In this document: positions 1 through 6,974 of the stretch, one piece after another
How positions within the stretch are numbered: the stretch's first letter is position 1
Layout: each line of letters begins with the position of its first letter
Assembly (NCBI GenBank): GCA_965369865.1
Contig: CBDURU010000106.1
Span: 1 to 12,574 of the forward strand
Source: an uncultured bacterium
GTDB taxonomy: Bacteria; JAJVIF01; JAPKYR01
Length of the DNA stretch: 12,574 nt
Reading direction: 5' to 3'
Made by a program: the position numbers and the translations under genes
The notes under the pieces: model-generated
Told to the model about the DNA's origin: nothing
The model's database searches: none
What the model saw: the letters and a program-made list of their open reading frames with translations, nothing else

Positions 1-32
1 GACGTACCAGTGTATTACTCAGGAAGATTATC

Positions 33-509
33 GTGGCAAAACAGGCGTTCGATCTTGACCTTCATAAATTCATCCACGATCCGGGTAAGGCCCGCGGCAT
101 GATCGACGCATGTATAACGGATTGTGTTAAAAAAAATATCAGCCTGATTCGGGTGATTCATGGAAAGGGCAAGGGTGATTTTCGCAAGCTGGTTTATTCC
201 CATCTCGAGAGGCATCCCGATGTGGAAGGCTATGTATTATGCGATCCGACGCACGGCGGCAGCGGAGCGACATGGGTGCATCTCGCGGTTGAAACGAAAG
301 ACAATTCCACTTTTATTGAACAGGCTGCAGAAAATAACGAAAGTACGGACAAGGGGATTAAACCGCTTTCGCCATGGATGAGACGAATTCTACTGCTTAT
401 TCTGCTCGTATCGTCTTTTATTGTTTTCCCTGAATGGATTGCCCGGGCCGGTATGATTTTCCTTGTATTTTTTCTGGAACTTGGGATGAATACCGGGGAT
501 AAAAATTAA
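33..509 (+). CDS. Stand-alone Smr (small MutS-related) domain protein with a C-terminal predicted two-helix membrane anchor
   Basis: Smr hallmarks in the translation: LDLH, IHGKGxG, HPxV and GGSGATWVHL. These are followed by a polar linker and a hydrophobic segment (ILLLILLVSSFIVFPEWIARAGMIFLVFFLELGM). GTG start with AGGA at 21-24. The frame is also open back to the window edge, so an upstream start cannot be excluded. Confidence 0.85.
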   Translation: MAKQAFDLDLHKFIHDPGKARGMIDACITDCVKKNISLIRVIHGKGKGDFRKLVYSHLERHPDVEGYVLCDPTHGGSGATWVHLAVETKDNSTFIEQAAENNESTDKGIKPLSPWMRRILLLILLVSSFIVFPEWIARAGMIFLVFFLELGMNTGDKN

Positions 510-582
510 AAAAAATTGTCCTCCATAATAATTTTCAATGCCTGAATTTCATCGTAACTCCGGATATTAATTAGACTGGCAA

Positions 583-2130
583 GTGAAAAAAAACAGTAAA
601 AAATCGATCGATGGTTCGAAGCCACTGGTGCTGGCTGCGATCAATGATGAAGATTTATGGAACGAACTCAAGGGTCCACTTGAGGAACGGTTCCGTGTAA
701 GGCGTGAAACCGACGGCCTTCGAGCCATTGATGTGCTATTCCTTTTACGGCCGGCCGGAGTGATCGCGGAATCTGGTCTGCCGGGTTTATCCGGGATTCT
801 TCTCGCGAGATTAATCGGTCACAATCGCTATACCATTAAGTTGCCTGTCGCCCTGATTTTAAGCAGGGAATACCTTATCGAGGAGTTCTGGGCGAACGAT
901 TCCGGCGCGATCGATATACTGCAAAGGAGAAACGCGGTCGAAGCGGTTCGCAGCCTCGAGATCGCAATTTCACCAAGGACTGAAATTTCGAAAGACGATT
1001 GGGACAGGGCAGAGATAGGTCTACGAGCCGAAGGTGGGCCGGTGGCGGGTGTAGCAACTGACCTTGAGGACCAGTTGATCAGCGCAAGTATACTCGCAAG
1101 GCTCGGTGAGATTGATTTCGCCGGGGAATCCAAGCTTGGGAGCTCTCAGAACCCGATTCCGGATTTTATCTGGAAAGCCCTGACCGCATTATCCACCGTT
1201 CTTGAATTCGCGCAGGCCGGAGTAACTCTCTGGGACTCAAACGAGCTGTTTGTTGTGGAGAATGAAGTTTTCAAGGATGTCCTGAACAGAGAATCATTCG
1301 TTAAAGAAAGCCTGTCATCCGCCAAGCTTTACTACAGGTCCAGGGGAGGGCCTTTCAATCCTGAGGTAACCATACTTCCGGCGGTTCAACGCAAGCTCCC
1401 AGGGCCCTCCGGTCCTGCAAGTACATTTTTCGCCCTGCCCCTCAGCGGTCGGCGAGGAAATTATGGTCTGCTGAGTATTATGACATACAAGGAAATCGCA
1501 ATTCGGGAGTATTACCTTCATACACTTTCCCTGATAGGAACACAATTATCCGTGACGCTTGAACGAGCATTATTCTACGAGGAAGTCCGGAAACTATCCG
1601 TCACCGACCCCCTTACAAGGCTGTCCAATCGCAGGGCGATAATAAACAGGCTCGAACAGGAATTTCGCAGAAGTGTCAGGTATCGGACCCAACTATCGAT
1701 GGCATTATGCGACATCGATGACTTCAAAAAAGTAAACGACAGGTTTGGACACCTGGCCGGCGACCAGGTGCTGATGGAGGTTTCAAAAATCCTCAAGAAT
1801 TCAGTCAGGGAAGTTGACCTCGCCGGACGCTGGGGCGGTGAGGAAATTGCCCTGCTGTTCCCGCAAACAGACCTCGAGGGAGCGCTTGTCGCTTGTGAGC
1901 GAATCAGGAAAGAAATTGAAAATCTCAAGGTAAATTACCAGGGAAACGAAATTCAGATCACGATATCGATAGGAGTGTCTACAATCGATTCCGACAATAT
2001 ATGCCCTCGATCGGCTGAGACAATGATGGGCCTGGCCGATCATGCGATGTATGTCGCGAAACAAAAGGGCAAGAACCAGGTAGCGGGTTTCAATGAGATC
2101 GTTGATGATATGGTTAGTATGTATAAGTAG
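583..2130 (+). CDS. Diguanylate cyclase: N-terminal degenerate receiver (REC-like) domain, central GAF-like domain, C-terminal GGDEF domain
   Basis: GGDEF motifs TDPLTRLSNRR, DIDDFKKVNDRFGHLAGDQVL, RWGGEEI (GGEEI at 1834-1848), TISIGVS and ADHAMYVAKQKGKN. RxxD I-site REVD at 1807-1818. GAF-like FALPL..GLLSI..LSLIGTQLSVTLERALFY. REC-like PAGVIAESGLPGLSG..LPVALI..GAIDIL. The GTG start is not certain. Confidence 0.92.
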   Translation: MKKNSKKSIDGSKPLVLAAINDEDLWNELKGPLEERFRVRRETDGLRAIDVLFLLRPAGVIAESGLPGLSGILLARLIGHNRYTIKLPVALILSREYLIEEFWANDSGAIDILQRRNAVEAVRSLEIAISPRTEISKDDWDRAEIGLRAEGGPVAGVATDLEDQLISASILARLGEIDFAGESKLGSSQNPIPDFIWKALTALSTVLEFAQAGVTLWDSNELFVVENEVFKDVLNRESFVKESLSSAKLYYRSRGGPFNPEVTILPAVQRKLPGPSGPASTFFALPLSGRRGNYGLLSIMTYKEIAIREYYLHTLSLIGTQLSVTLERALFYEEVRKLSVTDPLTRLSNRRAIINRLEQEFRRSVRYRTQLSMALCDIDDFKKVNDRFGHLAGDQVLMEVSKILKNSVREVDLAGRWGGEEIALLFPQTDLEGALVACERIRKEIENLKVNYQGNEIQITISIGVSTIDSDNICPRSAETMMGLADHAMYVAKQKGKNQVAGFNEIVDDMVSMYK

Positions 2131-2176
2131 CACCCCACATCGTTCCAGGATGATCGGTTAGCCCTTTTCCCTCAAC

Positions 2177-2225
2177 TTATCAACTTGCCTTTAAATTGCG
2201 GTATACTTTCCATCCGTGAAATAAT
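2177..2225 (+). promoter_or_regulatory. Possible sigma70-type promoter region for the downstream four-gene array
   Basis: Near-consensus -10 TATACT at 2202-2207. The -35 candidates are poorly spaced (TTGCCT 11 nt upstream, TTATCA 19 nt upstream), so support is weak. Confidence 0.25.
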
Positions 2226-2296
2226 TCAGGGGTAATAACCTGAACCGGGCCAGGCAGCTTCTGCATGTTTATGATTAAAATGAGAAATGAAAAAAC

Positions 2297-2382
2297 CGTA
2301 GAACAGCACGGCAGTGCGTCGAACGGCAGTGCGTCGAATGGGTTGTTTTAAGTTGGAAGACGCACTGCCGTGCTGTTCTACG
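2297..2382. repeat. REP-like inverted doublet (REPIN-like): perfect 24-bp inverted repeat with GTAG/CTAC ends
   Basis: CGTAGAACAGCACGGCAGTGCGTC (2297-2320) is the exact reverse complement of GACGCACTGCCGTGCTGTTCTACG (2359-2382), with a 38-nt spacer. Each arm has a GTAG foot followed by a small hairpin (GCAC-GGCA-GTGC). The inverted repeat is certain; the REP label is inference. Confidence 0.8.
2309..2338. repeat. 15-bp tandem direct duplication CGGCAGTGCGTCGAA x2
   Basis: Identical copies at 2309-2323 and 2324-2338, overlapping the left arm and spacer of the inverted repeat. Confidence 0.95.
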
Positions 2383-2408
2383 ACTTGTCGTTTTTTCGAT
2401 GGCTAAAA

Positions 2409-4670
2409 ATGATTAATTTTTCCTATAATTCACTGAGAATCCTCTCGATAGCGGTTCTAATGATTGTGCTTCCGGTTTCCTGTGCTCCCAATGATGAATC
2501 CGTAACTCCCCTTCCCGCCGATTCTCTTCTACTGCGCACTCCATACATGGGAGATGAAACAGAACTCCGCGACCCGCCACCCGCGACGAGCAGGATCCAT
2601 CGCGATGAAAGTTCCGTTGAGGGCTGGCTCGATCCACCTCTCAGGATGCTCAGATTTCCAGTGGAATTACGGGAATCACCCCGCCTGATGTTCCGTCTCG
2701 GGATGGATTCACGGATTTCATTTCAACCCGGCGACCTTAAATTGCGGATAGAATACCATCCTGTGAGCGAAGATTCCCATCCTGAAACAGGGGAAACGAT
2801 CAAGTACATCCTGTTTCAGACCACACCTGAAACAAACCCAGTCTCCATGTTTCAATTTATGGATTTCGATATCGATCTCAGCGAATACGCACCTGGAAAA
2901 GGAGAACTGCGATTCATTTCTGAAGGCAGGCTTTCCGGCAATGACGATATCGATATTCTCTGGGGCCAGCCGGTTATTTATTATCCTAATGAGAAACGAA
3001 ATAAGCATGTGCTGTTGATAGGCGTCGATACGCTAAGGTTCGATGTGTTATCCATATACGGTGGCCGTGATGAACTTACGCCCAACATCCGGAGACTGGT
3101 GGGTACCGGGACAATTTTCACAAACAACCACGGACAGGCTCCGTTTACGGGACCATCGTTCGGAAGTATGCTCACCGGAAAATACCCGTCCGGAATTGCA
3201 CCAACAATTACGACCGTTCATATACCTCCTTATGCAACTACAATCGCGGAAAGGCTTCAGGACCGGGCATGGGCAACATCGATGGTCTGTGGAAATCCGT
3301 ATCTCGGATCCGAACGTTCCGGGTTTACAGAGGGAATGGAATCGGTCTGGTATCGCAACCACGCGACGCCGGATGTGACTGTCGACAGGACGATCGAAAT
3401 GATCGAGTTGAACCATGGCCGTGACATTTTCATGTTTATTCATATCATGGACCCGCATTTCCCGTACGACCCTCCATTGGATTTGATCGATTCTCTCTGC
3501 GATCGCCGTTACCGTGGAACGTACAGGACGGAATTCAATGACATGGAGGATTGGGTGTTCTTAACTGAAGCCCCTCCCGATTATGAAGTTACGAGGGTAA
3601 AGGAGCTTTATGACGCCGAGGTCGCGGATATGGACCGGGCGATCGGACGGTTGTTTGAGTACCTTGAAACAAATGAGCTTCTGGAAAATACGCTGGTAAT
3701 CCTTGCCTCGGACCATGGCGAAGAATTTTTCGAGCACAGCCAGTACGGCCATGGTCAGAGCCTCTACGAGGAAATGATTAAACTCCCGCTGGTAATCTGG
3801 GGTGAAGGCTTTCCGGGTGGGACAACAATCGATACAACGGTAAGCAATATCGATATCGTTCCGACAATCCTTGATTACCTTGGCGAACCCATCCCCGATG
3901 ACCTTCCCGGCATGCCGCTTCAGAACATAGCCAGCGGTGAATTTTCAGAAGACCGGATGATATTCGGGGAGGGGAATTTAAGGCGCGGCTATCACACGAA
4001 ATTTGTCATCGACTGGCCATATAAATGCATCACCGACTATTTCACCGGGGAAACAATGTTGTTCGATCTCGAAACGGATCCCGGGGAGATGAACGACCTA
4101 AGCCGCGAGAATCCTGAGCTTACAGGGGAAATGTCGATGGAGGGAACCCTGAGAATGCCTCCGCTCGCGACAATGTTCATCGTTTTCATTACCGGTGACC
4201 CTGAAGATTCCCCGTCCAGGTTCACGGGAATGCTTACCATTCCCGGCGGGATCGCGGCATCGAAGGCAATCGGTCTTGTTTCCGGGGACGATTATTATAC
4301 GGAAGGCGATTCGATTCACTTCGATTTCAGTCCCGACACAGAACCGGGCGATCCGAATAAAGCATTGATTATTTTTCCGTATAAGGGTGGGAACTCTTTC
4401 GTGGCAACGGTACTTATGGACGGGATGGTCGATCCTGAGAGATTCTATCCGTATGGGTCCGATGTTCCGGAACCATCCGGCCAGGCGACGGTAAATGTTT
4501 ACGATCTTCCATGGCCGAACAGGATGCCGGTCGATGTTCATGAACGTCCCGCTGCCTGTTACATCCTGGGAATCCCGGGATTTCCACCCGATGAGGAAGT
4601 GGAATTTGATTACCGGGAACTCGAACCTCAAACGCTCGACCAGTTGCGAGCGCTTGGTTATATAAATTAA
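2409..4670 (+). CDS. Sulfatase-like hydrolase/transferase (alkaline phosphatase superfamily), predicted lipoprotein, paralog 1
   Basis: Motifs LLIGVDTLR, TPNI, FTGPSFGSMLTG (Thr at 3147), MDPHFPY, YDAEV, SDHGEEF, DIVPTILD, LFDLETDPGE and C-terminal LRALGY. ATG 2409 is preferred over GTG 2370 because 2370 lies inside the REP arm and 2409 gives a 24-aa signal before Cys (LPVS-C, 2481; atypical lipobox). Confidence 0.88.
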   Translation: MINFSYNSLRILSIAVLMIVLPVSCAPNDESVTPLPADSLLLRTPYMGDETELRDPPPATSRIHRDESSVEGWLDPPLRMLRFPVELRESPRLMFRLGMDSRISFQPGDLKLRIEYHPVSEDSHPETGETIKYILFQTTPETNPVSMFQFMDFDIDLSEYAPGKGELRFISEGRLSGNDDIDILWGQPVIYYPNEKRNKHVLLIGVDTLRFDVLSIYGGRDELTPNIRRLVGTGTIFTNNHGQAPFTGPSFGSMLTGKYPSGIAPTITTVHIPPYATTIAERLQDRAWATSMVCGNPYLGSERSGFTEGMESVWYRNHATPDVTVDRTIEMIELNHGRDIFMFIHIMDPHFPYDPPLDLIDSLCDRRYRGTYRTEFNDMEDWVFLTEAPPDYEVTRVKELYDAEVADMDRAIGRLFEYLETNELLENTLVILASDHGEEFFEHSQYGHGQSLYEEMIKLPLVIWGEGFPGGTTIDTTVSNIDIVPTILDYLGEPIPDDLPGMPLQNIASGEFSEDRMIFGEGNLRRGYHTKFVIDWPYKCITDYFTGETMLFDLETDPGEMNDLSRENPELTGEMSMEGTLRMPPLATMFIVFITGDPEDSPSRFTGMLTIPGGIAASKAIGLVSGDDYYTEGDSIHFDFSPDTEPGDPNKALIIFPYKGGNSFVATVLMDGMVDPERFYPYGSDVPEPSGQATVNVYDLPWPNRMPVDVHERPAACYILGIPGFPPDEEVEFDYRELEPQTLDQLRALGYIN

Positions 4671-4684
4671 AATTACAAATGTAA

Positions 4685-6943
4685 ATGAAAAAAACTAAGT
4701 TTAATTTTGCGATCGGTTCTCTTTTCAGGCTGCTCTTTGCAGTTGTTGCTGTCTGTTACTGCATGGTCCCAGGCTGTATGAAGGCAATACCACAATCAGA
4801 TTTACTCCCCATATCTTTTCTGTATATAACCCCGTATATCGGGGATGAAGCTGAAATACGCGATCCCGCTCCCGAACCATCCAGAATGACAATCAATCAG
4901 GAATCTGTTCAAGGCTGGGAGAATCCTCCGGAAAATTTGCTCAGATTCCCTGTTGAAATTTTATCTAACGCCAGGCTCTCAATGAGGATCGGTGGATCGT
5001 CGGAAAATCCTGTATACGAAAATGACCTCATCGTACGAGTGGAATTTTCAGACGAGAACGGCAATGTTGAGAATCTGTTCGAGATTAAACCGTCCGGCGA
5101 GAGAATTGACGAGGCATGGTTCGATGCCAGTATCGACCTTGACCGGATTGCCGGGAAGCCCGGGGAACTTCGATTTGCCGTTGAAGGACCAATAGCATCA
5201 AATCCGGATGTTAAAATTTTCTGGGGACAACCGACGATCTATTATCCCGAAGCCGGTGGACACAAAAATGTGCTTCTGATCGGGATCGACGCGCTCAGGG
5301 CGGATGCAATTGAACCGCTTGGAGGCCGGGATGGTGTTACACCGGGCCTTCTCAAACTCGCAGGCCAATCGACCCTGTTTACCCGGTGCCACACACAGGC
5401 ATCGTGGACCCTGCCATCTTTTACGAGCATCCTGACCGGACTTCTGCCATCGGAAGTATTCTCGACTGTCACCACACTCAGAATGCCTCATCATCCGGAT
5501 ACACTGGCGGAAATTCTCCATCCCGAGGGTTACGCGACCGGCACAATCTGCGGGGTGCCTTTTATCGGAAACGACAGGTCGGGATTCCACCAGGGAATGG
5601 AGAGCATGTGGTACAGGATCGATGAGTCGCCCGAAACATCCGTTTTAAAAGCAAAGGAATTCATCACCCGTTCCAAGGATCGCGACTGGTTTTGTTTCCT
5701 CCATATTTTCGATCCGCACGGGGATTACTCGCCGCCGGAGGAATTTGTAGAGCAGTTTTGCGATCCAGCATACGAGGGTCCGATCGGGGATGAATTCGAT
5801 GTGCTGCACGATTGGGCTTTACCGGGGATTCCACCGCGTGAAAATAATCTTCGCCGGATTCGCAATTTGTACGACGGAGAAGTGGCGAATGTCGACAGGG
5901 TAATCGATTCATTTCTTGAATGGATGGATCAAGCTGGTTTGCTGGATGATACGCTTGTTATCTTTACGTCCGATCATGGCGAGGAATTTTACGAACACGG
6001 GGGATTCGATCACGGGCAATCACTATATGAGGAGCTTGTGCATGTGCCCTTGATAATCCGTGGTAATGGATTTCCGGAGGGCGTTAAAATAGATACACCT
6101 GTGGCGAGCGCGGATATTTTCTCTACCATATTGAAATACCTGGATATCCCTGTTCCCGAAGGTGTTTACGGAATTCCATTGCAGGATATTATTTCCGTGG
6201 GGCCGGAAAATGACCGGCTAATTTTCGGCGAAGGGACATTGGTTCATAACACTCACATGAAATATGTCATTCAATGGCCGTACAAATGTTTCCTGGATTT
6301 TTTTACCGGGGTAACAATGCTTTTCAACCTTGAGGTCGATCCGGGAGAATTGACCGATATCAGTGACGATCATCCGGAGATAGCCGGCAATTTGAGAATG
6401 GCAATGGTGACACGAATGCTGCCGTTAAGGACGATGTATATAGTTCTCATTTCCGGTAACCATAACGCCGAAAAGGTGTTCTTCGACGGCGAGTTCAGTG
6501 TTCCCGGAGGGATCACGGACATGTTCCTCCTCAGGGGAACATCGCTTGAAGAAGGCGATGAAACCTGGATTGAAAATGATACCGTTTCATTCCACCTTGG
6601 AAATCCAACCTCTCTCAAAACTAAAATTCGCGGATTTGCTATCGTACCCGAAGACGGAGCGGATATGCTTGAAGCCAGGGTCAGTATAGATGGGGAATAC
6701 ATACCGGATATTTTTTACCCGTACGGTAATTCGGACCAGGCGCCGGACAACCGGGCGGTAACGGATATTTATGATTACACGTGGCCCGCGCAAATCCCTG
6801 AGGACTGGCTGACAGGTCCACCTGCGGTTTATATTATAGGTGTTCCGGGTATCGATCCCGATGAGCTGGAAAATGCAATATTATCGGGCGAACTCGATCA
6901 GGAAACTCTGGATGAGCTGCGGTCACTCGGGTATATTCAATAG
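4685..6943 (+). CDS. Sulfatase-like hydrolase/transferase, predicted exported/lipoprotein, paralog 2
   Basis: Motifs LLIGIDALR, WTLPSFTSILTG (Thr at 5408), FDPHGDY, YDGEV, SDHGEEF, LFNLEVDPGE and C-terminal LRSLGY. Basic N-terminus plus hydrophobic stretch with Cys24/26/31 (VPG-C at 4775). Starts 14 nt after the paralog 1 stop. Confidence 0.9.
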   Translation: MKKTKFNFAIGSLFRLLFAVVAVCYCMVPGCMKAIPQSDLLPISFLYITPYIGDEAEIRDPAPEPSRMTINQESVQGWENPPENLLRFPVEILSNARLSMRIGGSSENPVYENDLIVRVEFSDENGNVENLFEIKPSGERIDEAWFDASIDLDRIAGKPGELRFAVEGPIASNPDVKIFWGQPTIYYPEAGGHKNVLLIGIDALRADAIEPLGGRDGVTPGLLKLAGQSTLFTRCHTQASWTLPSFTSILTGLLPSEVFSTVTTLRMPHHPDTLAEILHPEGYATGTICGVPFIGNDRSGFHQGMESMWYRIDESPETSVLKAKEFITRSKDRDWFCFLHIFDPHGDYSPPEEFVEQFCDPAYEGPIGDEFDVLHDWALPGIPPRENNLRRIRNLYDGEVANVDRVIDSFLEWMDQAGLLDDTLVIFTSDHGEEFYEHGGFDHGQSLYEELVHVPLIIRGNGFPEGVKIDTPVASADIFSTILKYLDIPVPEGVYGIPLQDIISVGPENDRLIFGEGTLVHNTHMKYVIQWPYKCFLDFFTGVTMLFNLEVDPGELTDISDDHPEIAGNLRMAMVTRMLPLRTMYIVLISGNHNAEKVFFDGEFSVPGGITDMFLLRGTSLEEGDETWIENDTVSFHLGNPTSLKTKIRGFAIVPEDGADMLEARVSIDGEYIPDIFYPYGNSDQAPDNRAVTDIYDYTWPAQIPEDWLTGPPAVYIIGVPGIDPDELENAILSGELDQETLDELRSLGYIQ

Positions 6944-6974
6944 TCTTATGCAAGAGAAATCTGAAATATTTTCA

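Noticed and set aside
33..509. mutS2 gene or fragment
   Set aside because: No ATPase or coiled-coil region is visible, Smr is followed by a TM tail instead of being C-terminal, and there is a plausible own RBS and start.
129..593. A8 runs (129-136, 508-515, 586-593) as frameshift or phase-variation sites
   Set aside because: Explained by Lys codons and AT-rich spacer sequence; the reading frames are intact and no meaningful alternative-frame product is evident.
2239..2265. SRP RNA-like fragment (GAACCGGGCCAGG..CAGC)
   Set aside because: Lacks the central GNAA-tetraloop hairpin and a long closing helix; probably a chance resemblance.
2131..2296. c-di-GMP or other riboswitch downstream of the cyclase
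   Set aside because: No recognisable conserved aptamer motifs. Only a short TTCAGG/CCTGAA inverted repeat (2225-2244) is present, too weak to call. An Rfam/Infernal scan would settle it.
2370..2408. ORF-track N-terminal extensions (GTG 2370; also 6840 and 9196)
   Set aside because: They lie in the REP arm or overlap the upstream gene, and they displace the signal peptides from the N-terminus.
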